Assembly: GCA_964565085.1 (NCBI GenBank)
Contig: CAZMCS010000001.1
Span: forward strand, 1-43,944
Source: an uncultured Muribaculaceae bacterium
GTDB taxonomy: Bacteria; Bacillota_I; Bacilli_A; RF39; UBA660
Direction: 5' to 3'
Length of the DNA stretch: 43,944 nt
Every line of letters begins with the position of its first letter. The stretch's first letter is position 1. Positions 9,621 through 18,886 of this stretch are shown in pieces. Under the pieces are notes generated by a model, which was not told the DNA's origin, did not search any database, and saw nothing but the letters and a program-made list of their open reading frames with translations. The translations under genes and the position numbers were made by a program.

Positions 9621-10726
9621 TCTTTTTTAATCTTAATTACAATTTGATACATATCTTCAAAGTCAAACTCTTCAATGTCCGCTATAAAACCTTTATTATT
9701 TAGTTCACTTGTTAACCCTCTTACAGAATTAATAGCTTCAGATATTGATTTAGATGGCTTTAAATCTTCTATAATAGGAATTGTATCTTCTTGTTTTTGT
9801 TGCTTAAATTCTTCTACAAGTTGATTTGTAGGAAGAATCTCTTCAATTGGTTCCACTGCGGGATTATCAAGTTTTAATTCTTCTTTTACATCAAAATTTA
9901 ACACTTCCGCTGATTCCAATTTTTTAATAGAATCATCATTTGTTGAATCAATATCAATCTCTTGAAATGGATTAATAGTTGAAAGTTCTTGTTTAATTTG
10001 GTCAGATGGTTTATTTATGTCTGTGGTTTCATTTATTTGTGGTGATAAAAGCATATCCATATTCATTTTAGGAGTATCTAAGTTAATTATTTCTTCTGGT
10101 TTATTATTTATGTTTTGTTTCCCTAAAAGTTTTGATATTTCTTCTTCTGTTTGTTTAACAGTCAATCTATTTACTATAATTTTATTTAACATTTTTATTT
10201 GAAGAGCAGGATCTGATATAGAAAGCAAACTTCTTGCATGTCTTTCAGATATTTTATTATTAAGTAAAGCATCCTGTACTTCTTCGTCAAGAGATAATAA
10301 TCTGATTTTATTTGCCACAGTAGATTGTTTAACTCCTATTTTTTGAGCTATATCATCCTGAGTTAATCCCCTATTTGCCAATTTTTTATATGACTGAGCC
10401 TCTTCCATTGCATTTAAGTCTTTTCTTTGAACATTTTCTACAACTGCTAATTCTGCACTTGTATCATCATCAGTTTCCATTATAATTGCAGGAACACTTA
10501 TTAATCCAGCAATAGTAGAAGCCTTGTATCTTCTCTCGCCTGCTATTATTTCGTACTTATCTCCTATTTTACGCAATAAAAGCGGTTGTAAAACACCATG
10601 CTGTTTAATAGAAGCAGCAAGATTGTTTAATTCCTGTTCATCAAAAGATAAACGAGGTTGAAATCTATTTGGAATAATATCTTCAACTAATATATTTATT
10701 ATTTCTTTTTTATCTTCCACGGACAC
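9617..10726 (-). CDS. noc: ParB/Noc-family CTP-switch DNA-binding protein with Noc-like specificity residues and a Noc-like C-terminus. It has an atypical architecture.
   Basis: IIPNRFQPR and GERRYKAS ParB boxes. The HTH is LTQDDIAQKIGVKQSTVANKIRLLSLDEEVQDALLNNKISERHARSLL. The C-terminus (EEFDFEDMYQIVIKIKKD) resembles the B. subtilis Noc tail, recalled from memory. It sits directly next to rsmG, the canonical noc position. GTG start, with an in-frame TAA 15 nt upstream. Confidence 0.75.
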   Translation of the reverse strand: MSVEDKKEIINILVEDIIPNRFQPRLSFDEQELNNLAASIKQHGVLQPLLLRKIGDKYEIIAGERRYKASTIAGLISVPAIIMETDDDTSAELAVVENVQRKDLNAMEEAQSYKKLANRGLTQDDIAQKIGVKQSTVANKIRLLSLDEEVQDALLNNKISERHARSLLSISDPALQIKMLNKIIVNRLTVKQTEEEISKLLGKQNINNKPEEIINLDTPKMNMDMLLSPQINETTDINKPSDQIKQELSTINPFQEIDIDSTNDDSIKKLESAEVLNFDVKEELKLDNPAVEPIEEILPTNQLVEEFKQQKQEDTIPIIEDLKPSKSISEAINSVRGLTSELNNKGFIADIEEFDFEDMYQIVIKIKKD

Positions 10727-10774
10727 CAGCCCCTTTACCTCTTATTCTTTTCTATTACTATTTTAATTCATTAT

Positions 10775-11485
10775 TCAATCTTTTTCAATAGTTTTTATTA
10801 TTTTATTATATTCTCTAGGATATAAGGTGTCTGTTTTATCTTTTTTTATTATTATGGGTATAGTTCTTTTTGGATTTTCAATAGGTAAATTAAATTCTAA
10901 AACACTTTCTATACTTGCATTTAATTTATCAATAAAATTCTTACTTATTTTTATTTCTTCTTCTATATTAGATTTAAGTGGCAAAAATTTGCCATTTACT
11001 TTAACCATTGGTATACTTAATTCTGAAATAATTGCTAAATGTGCGACTGCTCTACAAGTAACTACATCAAATTTTTCTCTTAACTTTTTGACAGCCTCTT
11101 CTGCTCTTTCATTTATCACTTCTACATTATTTAGTTTTAATTCATTTATAATAAATCTAAGGAAACTACATTTTTTACTCGAAGATTCAATAAGTGTGAC
11201 TTTCAAATTATTGAATACAATTTTTAAAACTAGTCCAGGAAATCCTGGACCACTTCCAATATCACAAAGAGTGTTAACATTATTTAAGTTAATTGCTCTA
11301 TTTAAACAAAGAGAATCATAAAAATGTTTTAAAAATATTTGCCCTCTATCTGTTATTCTAGTTAAATTAAACTTATTATTCCATTCTTTTAATAAATTGC
11401 TGTAAATTAAAAGTTTACTATACATTTCTTCAGTTATTATTATATTAATTTTTAAACATTCATTTATAAATTCTTCCTTATTCAT
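10775..11485 (-). CDS. rsmG: 16S rRNA (guanine527-N7)-methyltransferase
   Basis: 236 aa, DIGSGPGFPGLVLKI SAM motif, GidB-family layout, downstream of mnmG. Confidence 0.92.
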   Translation of the reverse strand: MNKEEFINECLKINIIITEEMYSKLLIYSNLLKEWNNKFNLTRITDRGQIFLKHFYDSLCLNRAINLNNVNTLCDIGSGPGFPGLVLKIVFNNLKVTLIESSSKKCSFLRFIINELKLNNVEVINERAEEAVKKLREKFDVVTCRAVAHLAIISELSIPMVKVNGKFLPLKSNIEEEIKISKNFIDKLNASIESVLEFNLPIENPKRTIPIIIKKDKTDTLYPREYNKIIKTIEKD

Positions 11486-13310
11486 TTGGATACTCCTTCT
11501 TTAAATAAACTAAAAGCATTGCTATGTCTGAAGGATTAACACCACTAATTCTAGTGGCTTGACCAATAGTAAGGGGTCTAATTAAACTCAATTTTTGCTT
11601 AGCTTCTGTAGCTATATTATATACCTTTTCATAATTGATATCATTTGGAATCTTCTTTTTTTCCAATTTTAACATTTTAGTAACATCATTATTTGTTTTA
11701 TTTATATATCCTTCATATTTAACTTTTATTTCTACACTTTCGGCTATCTCTCTATCTTCTTTTATATTTAAAACTTTTAATATTTTACTAATTGTAATTT
11801 CAGGTCTCTTTAAGAGTTCTAAAGATTTTATAGTTTTATCAATATTTAACTTTTTATTTACTTTGATGATAGAATTTTTTAATTTATATTCTAATTCTTC
11901 AATTTTCTTTAATTTATTTTTAAATATTTTATATTTCTTATCATTTACTAATCCAATCTGTCTTCCAATCTCTGTTAATCTTAAACTTGCATTATCATGT
12001 CTTAAAAGAAGACGAAACTCTGCTCTAGAAGTAAGAAGTCTGTATGGTTCTGTTATTCCCTTATTTATTAAATCATCTATTAATACACCAATGTATGCTT
12101 CATTTCTTTTTAATATAAGAGGTTCTTTCCCTTTTAAATTTAATGCTACATTAATACCAGCGATAATTCCTTGAGCCGCTGCTTCCTCATATCCGCTAGT
12201 GCCATTAATTTGTCCTGCAGTATATAATCCTTTTATTTTTTTACTCTCTAAACTTAAATTTAATTCTGTTGGATCAATTGTATCATATTCAATAGCATAT
12301 CCGTATTTAGTTATAATTGCACTTTCTAATCCAGTCATTGTATGAATTAATTTTTCTTGAATTTTCGGAGGCATAGTTGTTGAGAATCCCCCAACATATA
12401 TTTCATCACCATTAACTTCTTCTGGTTCTAAAAATATTTGATGTCTATCCTTATCACTAAACTTTACTATTTTATCTTCTATTGAAGGACAATATCTAGG
12501 ACCCACTCCCTTTATCATTCCACTATATAATGCACACTTATTTAAGTTATCAAGTATAATTTTATGTGTTTTCTTATTTGTATATGTTAAATAACAAGGT
12601 ACTTGTTCTTTAATTTTATATATTGGTTTAAAAAAATTACTAAAACTTAATAAAGTTGAATCTCCCTTTTCAACTTTTGTTTTATCAAAATTAACACTAC
12701 TTTTAAGTACTCTTGGCGGAGTTCCTGTCTTCAATCTAATTATAGTTATTCCGTTTCTTTTTAAATCATCACTTAAAAACTTAGATGACTTTTCACCATG
12801 TGGACCACCTTTATGCTTTGTATGACCAACTAAAATATCTGAATTTAAATATGTTCCTGTGGTTAAAATTAATTTATCACAAAAATAAACTTCATCACTT
12901 TCAAGTTTTATACCTTTTATTTCTTTATTTTCTATGATTAACTCTTTCGCTAAATCTTCTATAATATTTAAATTATCTTGTTCTTTTAAAGTCTTTAACA
13001 TTTCCTCATGATATCTAGGTTTATCTGCTTGAGCACGCAAAGATCTTACTCCAGGTCCTTTTTTTCTATTTAAAAGTTTTATTTGAATATGAGTCTTATC
13101 TGTAACAATTCCCATTTCTCCGCCTAAAGCATCTATTTCTCTTACTACTATTCCCTTTGCCGAACCACCTATTGAAGGATTACATGGCATATCTGCAATA
13201 TTCTTTATGTTTCCAGTAACTAAAAGTGTTTTAAATCCCATTCTAGAAGTAGCTAAACACGCTTCACATCCTGCGTGTCCTCCACCAACTACTATTACAT
13301 CATATTTCAT
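11478..13310 (-). CDS. mnmG: tRNA uridine 5-carboxymethylaminomethyl modification enzyme MnmG (GidA)
   Basis: YDVIVVGGGHAGCEA FAD motif, GPRYCPSIEDK, GQINGTSGYEEAAAQG. 610 aa. Confidence 0.96.
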   Translation of the reverse strand: MKYDVIVVGGGHAGCEACLATSRMGFKTLLVTGNIKNIADMPCNPSIGGSAKGIVVREIDALGGEMGIVTDKTHIQIKLLNRKKGPGVRSLRAQADKPRYHEEMLKTLKEQDNLNIIEDLAKELIIENKEIKGIKLESDEVYFCDKLILTTGTYLNSDILVGHTKHKGGPHGEKSSKFLSDDLKRNGITIIRLKTGTPPRVLKSSVNFDKTKVEKGDSTLLSFSNFFKPIYKIKEQVPCYLTYTNKKTHKIILDNLNKCALYSGMIKGVGPRYCPSIEDKIVKFSDKDRHQIFLEPEEVNGDEIYVGGFSTTMPPKIQEKLIHTMTGLESAIITKYGYAIEYDTIDPTELNLSLESKKIKGLYTAGQINGTSGYEEAAAQGIIAGINVALNLKGKEPLILKRNEAYIGVLIDDLINKGITEPYRLLTSRAEFRLLLRHDNASLRLTEIGRQIGLVNDKKYKIFKNKLKKIEELEYKLKNSIIKVNKKLNIDKTIKSLELLKRPEITISKILKVLNIKEDREIAESVEIKVKYEGYINKTNNDVTKMLKLEKKKIPNDINYEKVYNIATEAKQKLSLIRPLTIGQATRISGVNPSDIAMLLVYLKKEYPNE

Positions 13311-13318
13311 ATAATCAC

Positions 13319-14674
13319 CTATTTACCTAGACAAAACTTACTGAAGATTTCATCAAGTAACTCTTCTTTATAAGTTTCTCCTGTTATTTCTCCAAGTTTA
13401 TTCCATAAAGATTTTACATTTATTTCAATTAAATCAACTGGATCATCTTTCTCTAATGATTCTTCAATAAAATTGATAATATTTAAACATTCTTTTATAA
13501 TTGAAATTTGTCTAGAATTTGACAAATATGTATAATCTCCTAAATTAATTTCGTTTAATTTAAACATTTCACTTATTTTATTTTTTAGTCCATTCATTCC
13601 TTCTTTATTAATAGTTGAAGTTTCAACGACATTAAAATCTTTAAGATACTTTTTATCTATTTTACTGGCAAGATCAACTTTATTTATAATAATTATAGAT
13701 TTCTTTTTATGTGAATTTAATAAAATCTTTTTATCTTCTTCATCAAGTTTTTCATTATTATTTAATACTATCAATAAAAGATCAGCTTCTTCTATCGCTT
13801 TTTTACTCTTTTCAATTCCAATTTTCTCTATTATATCTTTTGATTCTCTAATACCTGCAGTGTCAATAAGATTTAATTCAATTCCATTAATAAAAATTTT
13901 TCCTTCAACAATATCTCTAGTTGTTCCTGCAACTGATGTAACAATAGCCTTTTCTTCATTAATAAGTTTATTTAAAATACTACTCTTACCTACATTCGGT
14001 TTACCAATTATTACAGTTTTTATTCCATTCTTTATAATAACTCCATTTTCACTTTGTTTTAAAATATTTGTTAATTTATCTTTTATTAACTTGTTTTTCT
14101 CTTTTAATAATTTATTAGTTATTAATATTGCATCCTCATATTCTGGATAATCAATATTTACTTCTATATTTGCAATTAAACTAAGAATTTCTTCTTTTAA
14201 TTCTTTAACTAAGAAAGAAATTTCTCCTTTTATTCCTTTCATACTCATTTTTCTTGCATTTTCTGTTTCAGCGTTTATTAAATCTGATATACTTTCTGCT
14301 TCCACAAGATCTACTCTACCATTTAAAAAAGCTCTTTTTAAAAACTCTCCGGGTTCTGCAAGTCTTGTACCATTATTTAATAAAATTTCTAATATTTTAT
14401 TAGTAGTTATTATCCCTCCATGACAGTTTATTTCAATCATATTTTCTTTAGTATATGATTTCGGCGACTTAAAAACTGACACTAATACTTCATCTATTTC
14501 TTCATTTTTATCAATAATAAAACCATAATTAATAGTATTACCATTAACTTTCGTTAAATCTTTCCCTTTAAATATCTTATTCACTATTTTTATTGAATCT
14601 TTTCCACTTACTTTTATTACATTAAGTGCACTTATGCCAACTGTGGTTGCAATAGCTGCAATAGTATCGTTCAT
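13319..14674 (-). CDS. mnmE: tRNA modification GTPase MnmE (TrmE/ThdF)
   Basis: DTIAAIAT N-terminus, G-domain GKPNVGKSS / DTAGIR / NKVD, and a C-terminal FCLGK motif. Confidence 0.96.
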   Translation of the reverse strand: MNDTIAAIATTVGISALNVIKVSGKDSIKIVNKIFKGKDLTKVNGNTINYGFIIDKNEEIDEVLVSVFKSPKSYTKENMIEINCHGGIITTNKILEILLNNGTRLAEPGEFLKRAFLNGRVDLVEAESISDLINAETENARKMSMKGIKGEISFLVKELKEEILSLIANIEVNIDYPEYEDAILITNKLLKEKNKLIKDKLTNILKQSENGVIIKNGIKTVIIGKPNVGKSSILNKLINEEKAIVTSVAGTTRDIVEGKIFINGIELNLIDTAGIRESKDIIEKIGIEKSKKAIEEADLLLIVLNNNEKLDEEDKKILLNSHKKKSIIIINKVDLASKIDKKYLKDFNVVETSTINKEGMNGLKNKISEMFKLNEINLGDYTYLSNSRQISIIKECLNIINFIEESLEKDDPVDLIEINVKSLWNKLGEITGETYKEELLDEIFSKFCLGK

Positions 14675-14697
14675 AGATATCCCTTCTTTTCCACAAG

Positions 14698-14726
14698 ATT
14701 ATAGCATAAAACTTATTCTAAGTAAA
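14698..14726 (-). promoter_or_regulatory. Putative sigma-A promoter for mnmE
   Basis: Minus strand: TTTACT (14726-14721), 17-nt spacer, TGC-TATAAT (14706-14698; extended -10). It lies about 24 nt upstream of the mnmE ATG, which has SD GAAGGGA. Confidence 0.45.
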
Positions 14727-14736
14727 TTAAAAAATC

Positions 14737-15171
14737 CTATTTATATATTTTCCTACCTAATATTAAACAAGTACCTTTTTTATTTTCTTGAATATAAAAT
14801 TCATATCTTTTTAACCATTCATCTGAAAATTCTTTCATTTGTTTTATAATTAGATAATTTTTGGTAGATTTATATTCTATAAATCCTTCATTTAGTTCTT
14901 TACCTATTTTTTTCTCAAAATGAGAAATTTTATTAAAGATATCATGTTGTAATCTACAAAGTAAAGCGCCATTATTTCTTGTTTTTCCTTTTTTAGGATC
15001 TATATGGTGATATGTTAATACATTCTTTGTAGATATTATTCCACCTAAAAAACATATTTCTCCATATTCTAAAATTAACTTATCTAATCCAGTTAATGTT
15101 TCTCCTCTTTTTAACTTTCCCTCAATAAAAGCAATTCTGTTAATATTTACACCATCTTTCTTAAAAGAATA
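14737..15171 (-). pseudogene. 144-codon open frame with a degenerate HNH-nuclease-like motif and no canonical start codon
   Basis: My own translation gives YSFKKDGVNINRIAFIEGKLKRGETLTGLDKLILEYGEICFLGGIISTKNVLTYHHIDPKKGKTRNNGALLCRLQHDIFNKISHFEKK...GRKIYK*. It is bounded by TAA (15174-15172) and TAG (14739-14737). There is no in-frame ATG/GTG/TTG before codon ~119, so it is missing from the ORF track. Confidence 0.35.
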
Positions 15172-15185
15172 TTAAAAAGAAAACT

Positions 15186-15803
15186 CTAATTAGAATTTTC
15201 TTTATATTTAATTACAACACATCTGTTGGGTTCTTCTCCAACACTTTCAGAAGTTACATATTTAAACCCACTTATTGCATCATGAACAACTTTTCTTTCA
15301 TATGAATTCATTGGATCTAATTTAACATCTATTTTTGATAAAGCAACTTCTCTAGCTATTTTCTTAGCATCTCTTATTATAAAACTATTTTGTTTTTCTT
15401 TATAATTTTCTACATCAATTGAAACCAAAACAAATATATCTGAAAAAGAATACAAAGCCTGTTTTATATAGGTTTGTAAAGCTTCAAGAATATGACCTCT
15501 TTTACCTATTAATATTGAATTATGATCTGAATATAAATCATATTTAATTTGTTTTTCCCTTAATTTTACTTCTATGTTTGCTTTAATATTTAAACCTTTT
15601 AATAATTCTGATAAGATTTCCTTGCCTGCTTCAGAAATATCTGATAATTTTATAAATTCAATTATAAACTTCTTCGCTTTTAAAAGCCCGCCTTTTTCTT
15701 CAATAATTTTATAAACTATTTCTTCTTCTTTTACTTCAAACTCTTTACAAGCATTTTCAATTAAACTTTCTTCATTTTTACTTTCAAACCTGTACTTCTC
15801 CAT
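15186..15803 (-). CDS. jag: Jag/KhpB RNA-binding protein (Jag_N, KH, R3H domains)
   Basis: GKRGHILEALQ (KH GxxG) and ERKVVHDAI (R3H). Conserved position after yidC. Confidence 0.9.
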   Translation of the reverse strand: MEKYRFESKNEESLIENACKEFEVKEEEIVYKIIEEKGGLLKAKKFIIEFIKLSDISEAGKEILSELLKGLNIKANIEVKLREKQIKYDLYSDHNSILIGKRGHILEALQTYIKQALYSFSDIFVLVSIDVENYKEKQNSFIIRDAKKIAREVALSKIDVKLDPMNSYERKVVHDAISGFKYVTSESVGEEPNRCVVIKYKENSN

Positions 15804-16717
15804 TTATTACCACCATCTTTCACTTTATTTTTTAAAATAATATTTTGTACTATAGTAAATCCGTTTGATACTATCCAATAAAGTGCTATTGCTGTTGGAA
15901 GTCCAAAGGATGCTAACGATATAAATACTATCATAAACTTATTCATAAATTTCATTTGTTTTGCTTGTGATTCATCCATTGACATATTCATATTTTTAAA
16001 CGCAAAGTATGTTGCTAATATAATTAAAACTATTATTAATATGTAAAAGTAATTTCCAGATTTAATTCCTTGCCAAGGAGTAGTTCCTAAATTATAAACC
16101 AAAAATTTTTCTTCAAAGAAAACAGGAACTCTATTTATTGACTCTAAAAATGCAAAGAATAAAGGAAGTTGAATAAATGCTCCTAGACAACCTGATAAAG
16201 GGCTTATGTTATATTTTTTATAAATCAGCATCATTTCCTGACTCTTTTTCATCATTGCATCTGAACCTGTGTTATTTTTATACTTTTTCTCTAAATCAGC
16301 CAATTCAGGTTTAGCTTTTCTCATATTTTCACTCATCATAGTGGATTTAGCAGTCATAGGAATCATACAAACTCTTAATAATAAACCTATTATTATTATT
16401 GAAACACCATAATTTCTTACTATATTCCCTACTTTTATAATTACCCATGCTAAAGGTTTAACAAATATTGAAGTCCATAAACCCTCATATTTGCTTTTAA
16501 TAAAATTGAAATCTTTACATTCTGGAAGTTCTTCTAGTTTTATTCCAGTTTTTTCTTCATTATCAACATAGATCTTTTTTAAATCTTTTGATATTGGTTG
16601 GCATATTATATTTGCTGTATATACCTTCTTTTCTGCTTCCTTATTTTCTATTGTAAAGCTTTTAGTACATCCACTTAATAAAAGTAAAAAAAGACACAGT
16701 ACTATTATTTTTTTCAT
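15761..16717 (-). CDS. yidC: Membrane protein insertase YidC/SpoIIIJ (lipoprotein type)
   Basis: Lipobox LLLSGC, conserved YidC core (PLSGCLGAFIQLPLFFAF, ALYWIVSN) and a basic C-tail. It overlaps jag by 43 nt and rnpA by 4 nt. Confidence 0.92.
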   Translation of the reverse strand: MKKIIVLCLFLLLLSGCTKSFTIENKEAEKKVYTANIICQPISKDLKKIYVDNEEKTGIKLEELPECKDFNFIKSKYEGLWTSIFVKPLAWVIIKVGNIVRNYGVSIIIIGLLLRVCMIPMTAKSTMMSENMRKAKPELADLEKKYKNNTGSDAMMKKSQEMMLIYKKYNISPLSGCLGAFIQLPLFFAFLESINRVPVFFEEKFLVYNLGTTPWQGIKSGNYFYILIIVLIILATYFAFKNMNMSMDESQAKQMKFMNKFMIVFISLASFGLPTAIALYWIVSNGFTIVQNIILKNKVKDGGNKWRSTGLKVKMKKV

Positions 16718-17037
16718 AAATTATTCTCCTTTATTTGATTTAATAATTTTGACTTTATATCGCTATAAGACAAATTTAAAAAATTGCTCCTAATTATTAT
16801 AACATAATCATAACTAGATTTTATAGTATTTTTCATTAAAATATCTTTTATTATTCTTTTTAATTTATTTCTTAAGACTACAAGAGATATTTTTTTATTA
16901 ACAGTAATACAAAATCTATTATATTTTAAAGTATTTATAACCTTATATATAACAAATAAATTATTAACATTTTTTTCACCTGTATTAATAATATTTTGTA
17001 TTTCACTTTTTTTTATGACTATATACTTTTTATTCAT
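16714..17037 (-). CDS. rnpA: Ribonuclease P protein component
   Basis: Basic ~107-aa protein with the RNKLKRIIKD RNR-like motif, in the rpmH-rnpA-yidC synteny. The ATG at 17037 lies 7 nt after GGAG. The track ORF starts at the TTG at 17043. Confidence 0.88.
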   Translation of the reverse strand: MNKKYIVIKKSEIQNIINTGEKNVNNLFVIYKVINTLKYNRFCITVNKKISLVVLRNKLKRIIKDILMKNTIKSSYDYVIIIRSNFLNLSYSDIKSKLLNQIKENNL

Positions 17038-17061
17038 AAGCAATCTCCATATTCATTATAC

Positions 17062-17088
17062 AAAAAAAACCACTTAATTAAAAGTAGT
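17062..17088 (-). terminator. Possible partial terminator/attenuator between rpmH and rnpA
   Basis: Minus strand: ACUACUU, loop, AAGUGGU (one G-U pair), then U8, followed by TGTATAAT. Confidence 0.4.
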
Positions 17089-17090
17089 CT

Positions 17091-17213
17091 TTATTTTGCT
17101 ATTTTTTTTCTTCCCTTTGATCTTCTCTTTTTATTAATATCCGTAGATTGTCTTTTTAAAAAACCATGATCTTTCTTCTTTTTTCTATTATTAGGTTGAA
17201 AAGTCATCTTCAT
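17091..17213 (-). CDS. rpmH: 50S ribosomal protein L34
   Basis: My own translation gives [40 protein letters not shown], matching the L34 consensus (TFQPNxRKRxKxHGFRxR). It is below the ORF-track size cut-off. Confidence 0.92.
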   Translation of the reverse strand: MKMTFQPNNRKKKKDHGFLKRQSTDINKKRRSKGRKKIAK

Positions 17214-17290
17214 AATATATTCCTCCTATTATATACAATTTTTCTTGACTTAATTGATTATAATCTATACAATAACTTTTGTCAATTCAT

Positions 17291-17420
17291 TTATTAACAT
17301 TAATGTGGATAACTTATTAACATAATTAAATTAAAAAAAGTGGATAATGTTAATAAGTTAATAATTATAATAAAACTTAATGAATTTTATGTTAATAAAT
17401 TGTGGAAAAGAAGTGGGATA
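17291..17420. promoter_or_regulatory. oriC upstream DnaA-box cluster (rpmH-dnaA intergenic region)
   Basis: TGTGGATAA at 17304-17312 is a perfect TTATCCACA on the complement. Near-matches are AGTGGATAA at 17339-17347, TGTGGAAAA at 17401-17409 and AGTGGGATA at 17412-17420. These are interleaved with TTATTAACA / TGTTAATAA 9-mers at 17291, 17314, 17348 and 17391. Confidence 0.8.
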
Positions 17421-17512
17421 TTTATTTTTAATTAAATTATACTTTTAATTTATAAGAAAGTGTTTTACAATGAAACTATAAGAAATTAAAAAACTATTAG
17501 GGTGTGATTGGG

Positions 17513-18886
17513 ATGAAAGTTGAAACTATTTGGTCTAATTTTTTAAATAATGTTTCTGAAAAAGTTTCAAGTATTACTTACAATACTTGGTTTAAAGATA
17601 TCAAACTTTTGGAAATTAAAGATAATTTAGTTAAACTTATTGTACCTTACGAAGCACATAAAACTCATTTAATAAATAATTATTATGATTTAATAGAAGA
17701 TATTTTAATAGAGATAACTGGATTTAATGTTGAAATTAACTTTTTTTTAGAAAATGAATTTAAAAAAGATATTGATGAAGTTATTATTTTAGAAGAAGAC
17801 AATACAGATGAATTTAGAGAAGAATATAAATATTATAGTAATTTTAATACTAAATATACTTTTGAAAATTTTATAGTTGGAGATTCAAATAGATTTGCAT
17901 ATTCTTCTGCATTAGCAGTCGCTCAAAAACCTGGAAAGTTATATAATCCTTTATTTATATATGGTAAAAGTGGATTAGGGAAAACTCATTTAATGCATGC
18001 GATTGGAAATTATATTAAACAAAATTCTAAAGAAAAAGTTCTTTATATAACAAGTGAACAATTTATAAATGATTTTATTACTTTAAGTAAAAGAGATGCT
18101 GAACATAAAAGTAATATAGATTATATGGAAATGTTTAAAAAGAAATATAGAGATATAGATGTATTAATGATAGATGATATTCAATTTTTAGGTAGTGCTA
18201 CTAAATCTCAACAAGAATTTACTAATACTTTTAATAATTTATATGATAATGAAAAACAAATTATAATATGTTCTGATAGATCTGTTGATGATTTAAAATT
18301 ATTAGAAGATAGATTAAAAACAAGATTTAATTGGGGTTTAAAAGCAGATGTAAATCCTCCTGATTTTGATTTAAAAGTTAAAATTATAAAAAATAAAATA
18401 AAAACTGGAGATTTAGTAATAGAATTAAATGATGATATTATAAATTTTATAGCTTCTAATTGTGGAAGTGATATTAGAAATTTAGAAGGAGCTATTACTA
18501 GATTGTGTGCATATCAAGCAATAATGAATATAAGTAAATTAACAATTGATAATGCAATGGAAGCATTAAAGGATTATACAAATAACTTAATTTACTCTCC
18601 TAATACAATTATAAAAATTCAAAAAGCAGTTGCTAATTACTATAAAATTTCTCCTGAGGATTTAAAAAGTAAAAAAAGACATAAATTAATTGCAAATGCA
18701 AGACAAATAGCGATGTATTTATGTAGAATATTAACTGAAGAAACTTATCCGCGTATTGGATTAGAATTTGGTGGTAGGGATCATTCAACAGTAATACATT
18801 CTTATGAAAAAATATATAAAGATTTGCAAAATAATCAACAACTTGGTAATATAATTATAGAATTAAAAAATTTAATTTGTGAATAA
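17513..18886 (+). CDS. dnaA: Chromosomal replication initiator protein DnaA
   Basis: AAA+ motifs GKSGLGKTHL and LMIDDIQF, and domain IV GGRDHSTVIHSYEKI. The ATG at 17513 follows TAGGGTG. The track ORF begins at the GTG at 17504. Confidence 0.97.
   Translation: MKVETIWSNFLNNVSEKVSSITYNTWFKDIKLLEIKDNLVKLIVPYEAHKTHLINNYYDLIEDILIEITGFNVEINFFLENEFKKDIDEVIILEEDNTDEFREEYKYYSNFNTKYTFENFIVGDSNRFAYSSALAVAQKPGKLYNPLFIYGKSGLGKTHLMHAIGNYIKQNSKEKVLYITSEQFINDFITLSKRDAEHKSNIDYMEMFKKKYRDIDVLMIDDIQFLGSATKSQQEFTNTFNNLYDNEKQIIICSDRSVDDLKLLEDRLKTRFNWGLKADVNPPDFDLKVKIIKNKIKTGDLVIELNDDIINFIASNCGSDIRNLEGAITRLCAYQAIMNISKLTIDNAMEALKDYTNNLIYSPNTIIKIQKAVANYYKISPEDLKSKKRHKLIANARQIAMYLCRILTEETYPRIGLEFGGRDHSTVIHSYEKIYKDLQNNQQLGNIIIELKNLICE

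Noticed and set aside
10827-12174. Long plus-strand ORFs (164 aa and 179 aa) antisense to rsmG and mnmG. Similar antisense ORFs lie inside gyrA (24952-25362, 25534-25896, 25942-26151), pth (31534-31878), murA (2508-2935), the 3D-domain gene (37795-38055) and nrdJ.
   Set aside because: Their low-complexity S/L/F/I-rich translations are typical of the reverse frame of K/E/N-rich genes. They have no SD or motifs and lie entirely within well-supported genes.
14687-14695. TTTTCCACA, a DnaA-box-like sequence in the mnmE 5' leader.
   Set aside because: It is a single one-mismatch 9-mer in an AT-rich region. Its position between the putative -10 and the SD could be chance, and there is no cluster.
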